A stretch of 64,000 bases of DNA from Archaeoglobus sp. JdFR-22 (GTDB lineage Archaea > Halobacteriota > Archaeoglobi > Archaeoglobales > Archaeoglobaceae), in the NCBI GenBank assembly GCA_002010045.1, contig MTMJ01000022.1, positions 18,832-82,831 of the forward strand. Direction: 5' to 3'. The stretch's first letter is position 1, and every line of letters starts with the position of its first letter. This document shows positions 10,169-20,368 of this stretch, piece after piece. The notes below the pieces were generated by a model, which ran no database searches, was not told where the DNA came from, and worked only from the letters and a program-made list of their open reading frames with translations. A program made the translations under genes and the position numbers.

Positions 10169-10792
10169 ATGAAAAATTCTATCAGATTGCTGACAATCGA
10201 GTTTGAGTTAAACTACATCAACGTGATTTCAAGAAAAAATTTGAGAGAGCATGCGGCGATAAGGCTTATCCTTTCAGCTTTAGCCAGTCCAGAAGAAATA
10301 AGAAATTTGAGAGGAGTAGATATCAAAAAAGATAGGTCAGACTTTCGAGTGAGACTGAAATCTGCTGGAAAAAGTCGTATCTCGCCGGTAGATGAAAAAA
10401 CATACCTGATTCTGAAGGAACTTTTTAAGAAGGGCGATGACGTTTTCTGTGGGATTGAACTCGACGGAATTGTGGCAAAGTATTCTCCGCCGGGTAGAAA
10501 GTACGATGTCAGTAAGCTAAAGAAGTCTGTAATCGAAATATTAAGAGATTGCCTGTTGATTGGAGATAGAGATCTTGTCCAGGATTTATTAAAAGGGAGA
10601 AATATCGAAAAAGTCTCGGACTTCCTGAGAGACTTTCATCCAATGTATTCCGGGATGTGGGAGCTGGATGATGAAGAAGCAGCAAGAGAATTCCTGATTT
10701 CATACTCGAAGTACACTGGAATTCATGACGTTGCTCTAATTGCAGAAAAAATTGATGAGGATGAGAGGAGGATTCTTGAACTGTTAAAATGA
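10169..10792 (+). CDS. hypothetical protein
   Basis: 207-aa ORF with no antisense competitor; weak resemblance to box I of tyrosine recombinases, without catalytic residues. Confidence 0.4.
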   Translation: MKNSIRLLTIEFELNYINVISRKNLREHAAIRLILSALASPEEIRNLRGVDIKKDRSDFRVRLKSAGKSRISPVDEKTYLILKELFKKGDDVFCGIELDGIVAKYSPPGRKYDVSKLKKSVIEILRDCLLIGDRDLVQDLLKGRNIEKVSDFLRDFHPMYSGMWELDDEEAAREFLISYSKYTGIHDVALIAEKIDEDERRILELLK

Positions 10793-10854
10793 GCTGATGT
10801 TATTGAAATAGTCTTATGTAAAAATTTTTATTAACCTCTTTTTCGCAAAAATCA

Positions 10855-12051
10855 ATGATTGAACTACTGTTCGGTATTTTTATAGGGGCTGTGAGTGGTT
10901 TAACACCGGGCATACATTCCAACACTCTTTCAGCAATGATTATTGTGTATTCAGGATACTTATTAAACTTCTTCTCTCCTGAACAGATTCCAATAATGAT
11001 TTTTTCTGCTGCAATCACCCATACCTTTCTTGATATCGTACCAAGTGTTTTTACGGGAGTTCCGGATGAGGACACAGCGATTGCTGTCCTCCCTGCCCAT
11101 GACATGGTGCTTGATGGTAGAGGTGTGGAAGCAATTTCAATTTCCGCTTTTTCGAGTTTGTTCTCTTTTTTTCTGTCTCTGCCATTATTTTTCATCTTCT
11201 TAACCTTTCTAAATCGAATGAGCGGTTTGGTAGATGTTATTACGATTTATTTCCTGATTTCAATATCTATTTATATTATCATGATGGAGAGGGAGTCATT
11301 CAGCACTTCTATGAAAAAGAAATTTTATGCTTTTTCAGTTTTCACAGTATCCGGAATACTGGGGTTGGTGGCATTAAAGTATTCTCATCTTGCTGAGCTG
11401 ACTCCTGCATCCTCTGTCTTGTTACCCCTTTTCAGCGGTTTATTTGCATCGCCAGCGCTGATTACGAGTATCGTTGAAGAGTCGAGAATCCCTGAACAGA
11501 AGCTCAGTTCCAAACTACCCGGTGTAAAAGAAGTACTGACAGGTTCGCTCTCCGGCTCACTCGTCTCGATATTTCCCGGTGTCAGTTCGGGAGTCGCAGC
11601 TGCGATATCTTCAGCGGGTTCGAGGAAGAGTGAACAGTACATCTCCACAATAAGTGCAGCGAATACATCAAATGCAATGCTCTGTTTTGCGGTATTTCTG
11701 ACATTAGGAAAAATAAGGAGTGGAGCAGTTGATGCCGCTTCAAAATTTTATTTTGAGGTGGAGGCGTTAATCATCGCAGGAGCTCTGACATCTCTTGCTG
11801 CTGCCCTGCTGACAATTCTGTCCGGAATAACCGCATCAAGAATACTTCCGCGGCTCAATTTCACCTTATTCTCCTCCCTTGTACTGATTCTCCTGACCTT
11901 CTTCATTTATTTTTTGACCGGGTGGTTCGGTCTGATGGTTTATGCTATTGCAACTCCCATAGGACTGTCAACTTTGTTTCTACAGGTAAGAAGAATAAAC
12001 TGTATGGGTTGCCTTATCATTCCGGTAATCCTCTTTCGTGCGGGTTTTTAA
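10855..12051 (+). CDS. TctA/DUF112-family integral membrane protein
   Basis: 398 aa, about 10 predicted TM helices; N-terminal GAVSGLTPGIHSN motif. Confidence 0.55.
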   Translation: MIELLFGIFIGAVSGLTPGIHSNTLSAMIIVYSGYLLNFFSPEQIPIMIFSAAITHTFLDIVPSVFTGVPDEDTAIAVLPAHDMVLDGRGVEAISISAFSSLFSFFLSLPLFFIFLTFLNRMSGLVDVITIYFLISISIYIIMMERESFSTSMKKKFYAFSVFTVSGILGLVALKYSHLAELTPASSVLLPLFSGLFASPALITSIVEESRIPEQKLSSKLPGVKEVLTGSLSGSLVSIFPGVSSGVAAAISSAGSRKSEQYISTISAANTSNAMLCFAVFLTLGKIRSGAVDAASKFYFEVEALIIAGALTSLAAALLTILSGITASRILPRLNFTLFSSLVLILLTFFIYFLTGWFGLMVYAIATPIGLSTLFLQVRRINCMGCLIIPVILFRAGF

Positions 12052-12065
12052 CTCACTGCTTTAAC

Positions 12066-13802
12066 CTATACAATCCTACCAATCATCTCTCTGTAGTAGG
12101 AGATAGCTTCTTCAATGTATTCCTTTTTCAGCTTACCCTGGGGGGTTTCTGTTTCAAAGATTCTTTTCGGGATTCTTAGGGAATTCAAGTCGAATCCGAG
12201 CTGCATTTTTAATTTCAGTTTTTCAGCATAAATCTCTTCACCCAGTTTGATGAGCCTGTCCTCTGTGAGTTTAATCCCGAGCGGTTTGAATCCTTCGATT
12301 ATTATCTCGGGAGTAAAAACTCCTCGTGCAAAGAAGCACACAACAAGACTCGACAGGATTTGTCTCCATTGCTCCTCTTTCACAAGCTCGTCAACAAGCT
12401 CTTCTGGCTTCAGTTTCTTCTTCTGGTCAATCGCATAACCGCCACCATCAAGATGGCTATGCCTTAATCCGATGAGGCTGCCTACATGTGTTCCATGGCC
12501 TGTGTGGTAACCTGGCATCTCATTCTTTCCAAAAGCAAGGGCAAATTCACCTCCTCCATAAACTTCTGATACCTTATCAACACCCTGAGCTAAAAGCCTG
12601 TAAAATTCATTGGGTTGTTTGGAGATGTAGCCTGTCGCCCTGATGTACTCCTCACTGTTCCCAAACGCCAGTTTTGTAATCGTGTCATCCTCAGTGATTA
12701 GCCCGGCTTTCAAAGCTTCAGTAGCCCATGCGAGGCAGACGCCAGTACTCATTGCATCAAGACCCAGTTGCTCCACTCTCAGTATCAGTTTGAGTAATCC
12801 ATCTCTTGAGCTAATTCCAAGCATTGAACCGAGTGCGTATATCAGTTCGTAATCATATGATATCATTATTGTTTTGTAAAAATACTCTTTGCCCTCGTAT
12901 GGCTCTCTCAGAACTGCAATGTGGATGCAGGCAATTGGACAGTGGTTGCATGCAATTCTCCTCCCAAGATTCTTATCTGCAAGTTCCTCTCCACTGATTT
13001 CCTCAGCATTCTCAAACTTCGCTGATGTGAGATTTTTTGTGGGTAGACCGCCAAGCTCGTTAAGTGGATTTACGTTTACTGCTGTTCCAATCAGATGATA
13101 CTTCTTCATTGCTCCCGATTCAAGTGCAATCCTGTATATTTTATCATATATCTCTCTGTAACCCTTTCTATTATCAGGAATCTTACTCAATTTCCCGTGG
13201 ACTACCAGGGCTTTCAGCATTTTACTTCCAAATACCGCCCCAAGTCCGAGTCTCCCGAAGTGTCTGTAAGTCTCTGTCATTACACAGGCATACCTCACGA
13301 GGTTTTCTCCCGCACCTCCAATACGCATAACAGTCCTGCTTCCTCTTCCACCCTGCTCTTTTTCGGCAATAATTCTGCCTATAAGTATTGCATCCTCAAT
13401 TCCCCAGATAACTCTCGCATCTTTAAAGTGAACCCTGTCATTCTCTACTACGACATAGATGGGTTTCCTGCTTTTACCTTTGATTACAATCGCTCCGTAA
13501 CCTGCGTTTGTTATTGCTGTAGCTGTCCTTCCTCCTGCATGACTCTCCCCGAGATTTCCGGTAAGCGGGCTTTTGAATAGCGCTACGGTTTTAGAAGCAA
13601 GTGGATATGCTGGCGTAAATGGACCTGTGGCAAGAACAATTGTATTGTCAGGACTTAGCGGGTCAGCATCAGGTTTAAGTTCCTCCTTAAGCAGTTGAAT
13701 ACCAACACCTACCCCTCCAATCCACCGGTTAAAGAGTTTCTTCCTGTCTTCAATTCTGTAGGAATAATCCGATAAGTCAATTGTTAGAACTTTTGAGTTC
13801 AT
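12066..13802 (-). CDS. aor: aldehyde:ferredoxin oxidoreductase family (tungstopterin) enzyme
   Basis: 578 aa; N-terminus of the type (L)xIDLS...GGxGxG and an AOR-like body; overlaps (ATGA) the upstream ferredoxin gene. Confidence 0.85.
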   Translation of the reverse strand: MNSKVLTIDLSDYSYRIEDRKKLFNRWIGGVGVGIQLLKEELKPDADPLSPDNTIVLATGPFTPAYPLASKTVALFKSPLTGNLGESHAGGRTATAITNAGYGAIVIKGKSRKPIYVVVENDRVHFKDARVIWGIEDAILIGRIIAEKEQGGRGSRTVMRIGGAGENLVRYACVMTETYRHFGRLGLGAVFGSKMLKALVVHGKLSKIPDNRKGYREIYDKIYRIALESGAMKKYHLIGTAVNVNPLNELGGLPTKNLTSAKFENAEEISGEELADKNLGRRIACNHCPIACIHIAVLREPYEGKEYFYKTIMISYDYELIYALGSMLGISSRDGLLKLILRVEQLGLDAMSTGVCLAWATEALKAGLITEDDTITKLAFGNSEEYIRATGYISKQPNEFYRLLAQGVDKVSEVYGGGEFALAFGKNEMPGYHTGHGTHVGSLIGLRHSHLDGGGYAIDQKKKLKPEELVDELVKEEQWRQILSSLVVCFFARGVFTPEIIIEGFKPLGIKLTEDRLIKLGEEIYAEKLKLKMQLGFDLNSLRIPKRIFETETPQGKLKKEYIEEAISYYREMIGRIV

Positions 13803-14212
13803 TCTTCCACCTCCACGTAAGCCAGAACCTCATGTGGACAGTAATCGACACAGTACCCGCAATGGATGCAGACTGCAGGCTTCCCATTTCTTCTTTCGAA
13901 GATTGCTCCGATTGTGCAGGCTTCAAAACACATCCCGCATGCAATACAGGCTTTCTCTTTCAGGATGACGCCTCCTCCTTTCTTCGGAACAAGTGCATCA
14001 GTCGGGCAGACCTGAACACAGGGTGGTTCCTTACAGGCTCTGCAAAATATTACGGTAGCACCTCGCTCAAAACCGCTTAAACTTGCAGCGAGAATACCTG
14101 ATGCGTCAATTCCAATTTCAGGATTTCTGGGTCTTCTTCTTGAACATGCGTACATGCAAAGGGAGCACCCCACGCATTTCTCAATATCTTTAATAAAGAG
14201 TTGCTTTACCAT
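13799..14212 (-). CDS. 4Fe-4S ferredoxin-domain protein (AOR partner)
   Basis: 137 aa with CVGCSLCMYAC, CIACGMCFEAC and CIHCGYCVDYCP cluster motifs. Confidence 0.8.
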   Translation of the reverse strand: MVKQLFIKDIEKCVGCSLCMYACSRRRPRNPEIGIDASGILAASLSGFERGATVIFCRACKEPPCVQVCPTDALVPKKGGGVILKEKACIACGMCFEACTIGAIFERRNGKPAVCIHCGYCVDYCPHEVLAYVEVEE

Positions 14213-14319
14213 ACATTTATAAAGATATATACCATTATTTTAATTTTTCTGAGGACAAAAAATTTTGTTAAAAATCACTCAACGGTATAACCTTAAATAT
14301 CTGCCTGAATATTCATACC

Positions 14320-15105
14320 ATGCATCCTTTACTCAAGAAAGAAGGTTTCATCCTCGATATTGATGGCGTTATTGGTAAGGGCGAAACTCCAATTACAGAA
14401 GGTGTCAATGCGGTTAAAAAGTTAAAAAAAGCTGGAAAAAAACTTGTTTTTGTATCCAACAACTCGACAAGGAGCAGAAGTATAATGATAAATAGATTCA
14501 GGAGATTCGGTCTTAATGTTAGAGAGGATGAGATGCTTTTATGCACTTTTGCAACAGCCCGCTACCTCTCGAGAGAGAAGCAGGGGGCAAAGATTTATAC
14601 CACCGGAGAGCGCGGACTGATTGAAGAACTTGAGCTTGCAGGTCATAAAATTGTAGAAGAAGAAGCAGAATACCTTGTCGTTGGCTCAAACAGACAGATT
14701 AATTATGATATAATAACAAAAGCTCTTCGTTACTGCCTCTCCGATGTCAGATACGTGGCAACAAACCCTGACAGAATATTTCCCTCATCCTCAGGTCCAA
14801 CTCCGGGGACTGGAATGCTCGTAGGGGCATTGTACTGGATGACAGACAGAATGCCGGATGTTATTGTTGGAAAGCCATCAGAGGTGATCATGAGAGAGGC
14901 TCTGGATATTCTGGGATTGAGAGCTGATGAGGTGGCTGTTGCTGGGGATCAGATTGAAGTTGATGTAAAGGCAGGGAGGAACATAGGTGCAGAAACACTT
15001 CTCGTTCTTTCAGGAGTGACGAATGCAGACAACATCCAGAAAATGATTCAAAGATTTGGGGAGGAGCCCGATTATATATTGGGTCATCTGGGAGAGTTAA
15101 TTTAA
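14320..15105 (+). CDS. HAD-superfamily hydrolase, subfamily IIA (NagD-like phosphatase)
   Basis: 261 aa; DIDGV nucleophile motif, VSNNSTRS, and C-terminal GD..E.D. Confidence 0.75.
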   Translation: MHPLLKKEGFILDIDGVIGKGETPITEGVNAVKKLKKAGKKLVFVSNNSTRSRSIMINRFRRFGLNVREDEMLLCTFATARYLSREKQGAKIYTTGERGLIEELELAGHKIVEEEAEYLVVGSNRQINYDIITKALRYCLSDVRYVATNPDRIFPSSSGPTPGTGMLVGALYWMTDRMPDVIVGKPSEVIMREALDILGLRADEVAVAGDQIEVDVKAGRNIGAETLLVLSGVTNADNIQKMIQRFGEEPDYILGHLGELI

Positions 15106-16409
15106 ACCGTAAATCTGCTGATATTTGGAATCAGGATTGAAAGGAGAATTGATGCAAATATCAGAAAAGCCATAAATTTCACAATCATTACAGAAATCTC
15201 CTCTCCCCTCTTACCGTATCTTTTCGTCAGGATTGCAGAGAAGGACTCATAAAATACTCTGCCCCCATCCAGAGGGATGGCAGGTAAGCAGTTGAATAAG
15301 CCAACATAAAAATTAATCCAGCCAATCCAGTACAGTGTATTCAGTAGATAGAACAGAACGTTACCCGTATCTGCCCAAATTCCTGTGGGCTCGAAAAGAT
15401 GCATAAAAACTCCCGAAAAACCACCAAAGAACGTGAATGGCATTGAAATTATCATCAACCAGCCTGTAACGGAATTCAGGTGAACTGGAATCTCCTTCAT
15501 AATCACCAGCATATCCAAGACTTCAACTCCCATAAAACCCGAATCTCCGTAAGGATTTTTCGTGAGATTGAGAGTAAATTCGTTAACGTTACCATTTTCA
15601 TCATACGCATAGACTTTAATTAACTCACCCGGTTTTGTTTTTGCCATTCTGTCCTGAAAAGTCTTTAAATCTGGTGTATCTGTTTCATTTATCCTGAATA
15701 TCGCTATGCCGGGTGTGATACCTGCTTCCTGAGCAGGAAAGTCTTTGTATATTCCGGTAACATAAACTCCGCCTGATGAAAGTGAACCAAGAAGGTGCAT
15801 GAATAGCAAAAATGCAATAAGTGCAACAACAAAATTGCTTATCACTCCAGCAGAGAAAATTCTTATTCTCTGCATTCTTGTTGTTTTTTCACTGGTCAGC
15901 TCTTCTTCATCAGGTTCTGCAAAACCACCTATCGGGATTAAAGCGTAAAGAACTCCGAGCGATTTTACTCTGACGCCTTCAACTCTACTCAGAATTGCAT
16001 GGCTGAATTCATGCACAACCAGAGTGACGATTAACCCGATTATTCCCCATACAAGAGGTATAAACTTGTTAACTCCCGGAAGCAGCAGTACATTTCTTGG
16101 TTCTGTTAATTCTGACGGTTCAGGAGGTGTTGTAAACAGAATTATGTCCGTCAGGATAATAAGAACGAACATGAAAATCATGCCTGCAAATACTACTGGA
16201 ACCCCAAGGTTTGCGAACCATCTCCAGAATGTCTTTGCTTTTGATATTTTTTCAAGTATTTCAAGACCTCTCGAAGTCCTGATCATTAAAATTGGTCCAA
16301 ATGTTGATATTCCACGTTTTTCAAGTGTTCCCTTTGCTTTCAATCTTTCCACAGCAGCATAATAGATGAGGAATATAGCAATGACAATTACCGTCCAATT
16401 GACACTCAT
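15102..16409 (-). CDS. site-2 protease (M50 metalloprotease) with PDZ-like insert
   Basis: 435 aa polytopic; HEFSHA (HExxH) and NCLPAIPLDGG motifs. Confidence 0.8.
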   Translation of the reverse strand: MSVNWTVIVIAIFLIYYAAVERLKAKGTLEKRGISTFGPILMIRTSRGLEILEKISKAKTFWRWFANLGVPVVFAGMIFMFVLIILTDIILFTTPPEPSELTEPRNVLLLPGVNKFIPLVWGIIGLIVTLVVHEFSHAILSRVEGVRVKSLGVLYALIPIGGFAEPDEEELTSEKTTRMQRIRIFSAGVISNFVVALIAFLLFMHLLGSLSSGGVYVTGIYKDFPAQEAGITPGIAIFRINETDTPDLKTFQDRMAKTKPGELIKVYAYDENGNVNEFTLNLTKNPYGDSGFMGVEVLDMLVIMKEIPVHLNSVTGWLMIISMPFTFFGGFSGVFMHLFEPTGIWADTGNVLFYLLNTLYWIGWINFYVGLFNCLPAIPLDGGRVFYESFSAILTKRYGKRGEEISVMIVKFMAFLIFASILLSILIPNISRFTV

Positions 16410-16492
16410 CAGAGTTTCTACTTTTGTAAGGTGTTTAAATATCTAATGCAGGAGTGGATTAAATTTTTAAAGACGAGAAATTGATTTCATTC

Positions 16493-16804
16493 ATGTACAT
16501 ATTCGTTTACATAACCGCATCCAGTTTAGAAGAGGCAAAGAAAATTGGAGAAAAGCTACTTGAGAAAAAGCTTGCTGCATGCATCAACATCTTCCCGATA
16601 ACATCAATGTACTGGTGGGAGGGCAGGATTGAAGAAGCCTCCGAGTCTGTTATGATTGTGAAAACAAAGATGGAGAAGTTTAAGGAATTAAGGGAGGAAA
16701 TACTGAATCTCCACAGTTATGAGATACCATGTATATGCGCTTTTGCTGTCGAAGATGGTTTTCGAGGTTTTTTCAACTGGATAGACGACTCTACAGCGGA
16801 TTAA
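16493..16804 (+). CDS. cutA: CutA1 divalent-cation tolerance protein
   Basis: AACINIFPITSMYWWEGRIE motif; start moved to the first ATG inside the TTG-initiated track ORF (16481). Confidence 0.75.
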   Translation: MYIFVYITASSLEEAKKIGEKLLEKKLAACINIFPITSMYWWEGRIEEASESVMIVKTKMEKFKELREEILNLHSYEIPCICAFAVEDGFRGFFNWIDDSTAD

Positions 16805-16813
16805 TCTGAGAAG

Positions 16814-17509
16814 ATGAGGGGAAAAACAGCTACTTTCGGGGGCAGGAAATCCATTTTCTACGACTCAGACCACTGGAATCTACTGTCGGAGAAAAGAAAG
16901 AGGGCTATAGAAGTACTCAATAAACTTTCAGAAGTTTCTGCTGTTGTTTACGGGAGTGTCGCAAGGGGTGATGTTACCGAGTCAAGTGATGTGGACATAT
17001 TTGTCAGCAATTCTGTTCCTTCATACAGACTGGAAGTGGCGCTCGACTCATTCAATATTCTTGAAAGAAGAATAGTTCAGGCAACACCAAATTATGCAAT
17101 CAAAGGTGAGTTTGTGCTCGATGACAACACTACTGTCAGTTTTCCACTCGTGAAAATAAAAGAGAGAGAACTCGAATTTTACAGATTTGGTGGAGCGATT
17201 GATTTCATCAGATTGAAAAAAGACAAGAGAGTAGCGGGTGTTGACAAGAGGCTCGTTTTGATTTTACCTCATGACAGAGGACATGATGAAATCCCCCTGA
17301 ATGAATTGCAGACAAGTGAGTTATCGAGAATACTCGATGTCAGTGTTGAGATTATTGATGAGAGGATTAGAGTTCTTGAGAGGAGGAGAGAGGTTGGCAG
17401 AACAGGAGTATTCATGTTTGAGCCTGTGCCCCCTTTTGAGAGTTTTGAATCAACTCTGAGAGAGGTCGCAAGGAGAAATCCAATTGTTAAGAGGAGGTTG
17501 AATGGTTAA
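16814..17509 (+). CDS. nucleotidyltransferase-domain protein (Pol-beta superfamily)
   Basis: 231 aa; YGSVARGDVTESSDVDIFV (GS-x9-13-DxD motif). Confidence 0.6.
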   Translation: MRGKTATFGGRKSIFYDSDHWNLLSEKRKRAIEVLNKLSEVSAVVYGSVARGDVTESSDVDIFVSNSVPSYRLEVALDSFNILERRIVQATPNYAIKGEFVLDDNTTVSFPLVKIKERELEFYRFGGAIDFIRLKKDKRVAGVDKRLVLILPHDRGHDEIPLNELQTSELSRILDVSVEIIDERIRVLERRREVGRTGVFMFEPVPPFESFESTLREVARRNPIVKRRLNG

Positions 17510-17581
17510 TCATATATCATCACCGTTTACTATAAATATCCATTTCAGCATTGAATATCTCTTCACAAGAGGAATGAAACC

Positions 17582-19072
17582 ATGATAATTCACTGGGCTG
17601 ATGTTATTGCAGAGAAATTACTTGAGAAAAGAAAAGAACACAGGATAGCTACCGGCATATCTCCCTCAGGGCATATTCATCTCGGAAATCTGAGAGAGAT
17701 GATGACCGCAGATGCTGTGAGAAGGGCCGTCCTTGATGCAGATGGGAGTGCTGAAATAATCTATATTGGAGATACCTTTGACCCGCTCAGAAGAAGGTAT
17801 CCTTTTCTGCCAGAAAGATACGAGGAATACATTGGCATACCCCTGAGTGAGATTCCTGACCCTGAAGGATGTCACGAGAGTTACTCAGAGCACTTCCTGA
17901 CCCCATTTCTTGAATCTCTTGATGTTCTTGGCATTGATGTAATGGTTGAGAGAGCTGATTTAATGTACAAAAATGGCAGGTATGTCAATGAGATAAAAAC
18001 CGCTCTGGATAAAAGAAGAGAGATTGCGAGAATAATGGAGGAAATCACCGGTAGAGAACTTGAAGAAGACTGGTATCCATTCATGCCTTTCTGTTCTGAG
18101 TGTAAAAGAATTAACTCCGCAAAGGTAACCGGGTACGATGAAAAATGGATTTACTACAGATGCTCATGTGGTTACGAAGGGAAAGCCTCCTACAGCGGTG
18201 GAGGTAAGTTATCGTGGCGTGTGGACTGGGCTGCAAGATGGAAAATATTGAATATCACATGTGAACCATTTGGAAAGGATCATGCTGCAGCCGGAGGTAG
18301 CTATGATACTGGAGTCAGGTTAGCAAGAGAGATTTTCGGGATTGAGCCGCCTTTTCCCATTGTCTATGAGTGGATACATCTCAAAGGTATCGGAGCAATG
18401 AAATCCTCAAAGGGAATAGTTGTCCCTGTTAAAGACCTTGTAGACGCTCTTCCCCCGGAAATCGTCAGATACATCATAATCAGGTCTAAACCTGAAAAAC
18501 ATATTGAATTCGACCCATCTGCGCTTCTTGACACAATAAACGAGTTTGAGGATGCTTTTAAGGAGGGTGACAGGTCAGCCCGTCTATCAATTGTCTCTGA
18601 CGTTGAATATTCAGATGTTCCATTCAGACATATTATCGTGGTTGGTCAGATTGCCAATTGGGATGTTGAAGAGGTTCTGGAGATTCTTGCAAGAACGGGA
18701 TATGAAATCAGTGAATCTGTTAGAAGGGACGTCATGAGGAAGATAGATTTTGCAAGAAAATGGCTGGAACATTACGCCCCGGAAAGATTGAAATTCGAAA
18801 TAATTGAAGATACTCCAGTGGTCGAGAATGGGGAGAAAAAATTCCTCAAAACCTTCTCGGAATTTCTTAACGAGGAAATGAGTGCAGAAGAAATTCACAG
18901 GCTTGTCTACGATGTTGCAAATGATGTCGGGATGAAACCAAATAAAGCTTTCAAAACAATTTACAGAGTGATTCTTGGAAAGAGCTATGGGCCAAGGATA
19001 GGATATTTTCTGAAATCACTCGGAGCCGACTGGGTTAAAAGAAGATTTCAAAAGGTATATGAGGCGAATTGA
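17582..19072 (+). CDS. lysK: lysyl-tRNA synthetase, class I
   Basis: 496 aa; SPSGHIHLGNLRE (HIGH-like) and MKSSKG (KMSKS-like). Confidence 0.85.
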   Translation: MIIHWADVIAEKLLEKRKEHRIATGISPSGHIHLGNLREMMTADAVRRAVLDADGSAEIIYIGDTFDPLRRRYPFLPERYEEYIGIPLSEIPDPEGCHESYSEHFLTPFLESLDVLGIDVMVERADLMYKNGRYVNEIKTALDKRREIARIMEEITGRELEEDWYPFMPFCSECKRINSAKVTGYDEKWIYYRCSCGYEGKASYSGGGKLSWRVDWAARWKILNITCEPFGKDHAAAGGSYDTGVRLAREIFGIEPPFPIVYEWIHLKGIGAMKSSKGIVVPVKDLVDALPPEIVRYIIIRSKPEKHIEFDPSALLDTINEFEDAFKEGDRSARLSIVSDVEYSDVPFRHIIVVGQIANWDVEEVLEILARTGYEISESVRRDVMRKIDFARKWLEHYAPERLKFEIIEDTPVVENGEKKFLKTFSEFLNEEMSAEEIHRLVYDVANDVGMKPNKAFKTIYRVILGKSYGPRIGYFLKSLGADWVKRRFQKVYEAN

Positions 19073-20051
19073 GGCGGGGAGCTACTATAGTTATCTGACT
19101 GAAGGTTGCAGGCTCTGCAGAAAAGGTTCAAAACTCGTATTTTTCATCACCGGAGAATGCAGACATTCCTGCTTTTACTGCCCCATCTCGGAGGAAAAGA
19201 GGGGTAAAGACGTTGTCTATGCAAATGAGCGGGAAGTTAACAGTAGAGATGATGTGTTAAAAGAAATGGAGCTCATGAGTGCAGAGGGTGTTGCCATAAC
19301 AGGCGGAGAGCCTTTTCTAAAACTGGACAGATTGATTGATTATCTAAAGCTATTTCGTGAGCTCGGGATGCACACGCACATATATACAGCCACCATACCT
19401 GAAAAAAGGGAGCTGATTAAAGTCCTTGAACTGGTAGATGAGGTGAGATTTCATCCTGTCCACCTCAATAAGGTCATCAATCTGGAGGAGGCAATTAAAA
19501 TTTCAAAAGATTATGTGGAAGTAGGAATTGAAATTCCGGCAATCAGGTTCGAACCTGAAATTGTGGAAATAGTAAACAGGTTTGAAATTTTCCTCAATCT
19601 GAATGAGCTTGAATTCTCCTCCACAAACTATAATGAGCTTGTAAAGAGAGGATATTCTGTGGGTGAATTTTATGGTGATGAGGGAAGTAGAAAAATAGCG
19701 GAGAAATATGCGGAAGCTGTTGAAAGGTTCCACTTCTGTACTTCTTTATTCAAGGATAAAGCCCAGTTCAGAAGAAGACTGATTAGAATGGCAATGAACC
19801 ATCCTGAATTTTATGATGTAACTGAAGATGGTACCCTTATATGCGGGCTGATAGAGGGTGATAAAGATTATGTTAAAAAATTGCTCGGAAGACATGGGCA
19901 GGGTTATGTTGAAGTTGACCGTGGCATTGAAACTTCTGCACAATTTGTGGAGAAAGAAGGTGAAAATTTAAAAGCTATGGGATTAAAGGTAAGTATAGTA
20001 GAGAGGTATCCCACATGGAAACGTATTGTGGTTGAAGTACTCCCGTTATGA
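19059..20051 (+). CDS. radical SAM protein (COG2108-like)
   Basis: 330 aa; CRHSCFYCP (Cx3Cx2C); overlaps the lysK stop by 14 nt. Confidence 0.7.
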   Translation: MRRIEAGSYYSYLTEGCRLCRKGSKLVFFITGECRHSCFYCPISEEKRGKDVVYANEREVNSRDDVLKEMELMSAEGVAITGGEPFLKLDRLIDYLKLFRELGMHTHIYTATIPEKRELIKVLELVDEVRFHPVHLNKVINLEEAIKISKDYVEVGIEIPAIRFEPEIVEIVNRFEIFLNLNELEFSSTNYNELVKRGYSVGEFYGDEGSRKIAEKYAEAVERFHFCTSLFKDKAQFRRRLIRMAMNHPEFYDVTEDGTLICGLIEGDKDYVKKLLGRHGQGYVEVDRGIETSAQFVEKEGENLKAMGLKVSIVERYPTWKRIVVEVLPL

Positions 20052-20059
20052 GGTGACAG

Positions 20060-20359
20060 ATGAGTAAACGCGAAATAGAGGTAAGACTGAGAAAATACCT
20101 TGAAAGAGATAAAAAAGGTGTCAGGAAAAAGCTGCTTGAAATATTCCTGCACGGCGAGAAATACACAACTGATGAAATATTCAGTAAATTATCGTGCACT
20201 GAGATGAATATCAGAGGAATCTCAGCCATGGTTGGATTAATGGGTTCAAGACTCGGCATACTGAAAACAGAACTGGGTGAGAAGAACAGGTATTTCATCA
20301 AACCAGAATATGAAGAACTCGTGAAGAGTATTCTTGAAGAGTATAAAGAAAGTGAATAA
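20060..20359 (+). CDS. small conserved archaeal protein (possible winged helix)
   Basis: 99-aa ORF in tight tandem with its neighbours; family uncertain. Confidence 0.4.
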   Translation: MSKREIEVRLRKYLERDKKGVRKKLLEIFLHGEKYTTDEIFSKLSCTEMNIRGISAMVGLMGSRLGILKTELGEKNRYFIKPEYEELVKSILEEYKESE

Positions 20360-20368
20360 AATCTGTTT

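Noticed and set aside
10169-10792. Possible tyrosine recombinase or integrase (LREHAAIRLILSALASPEEIRNLRGVDI resembles box I)
   Set aside because: The conserved Arg of box I and the H-x-x-R / Tyr catalytic residues are not identifiable. The protein has only 207 aa and lies 22 kb from the island, so it is not called an integrase.
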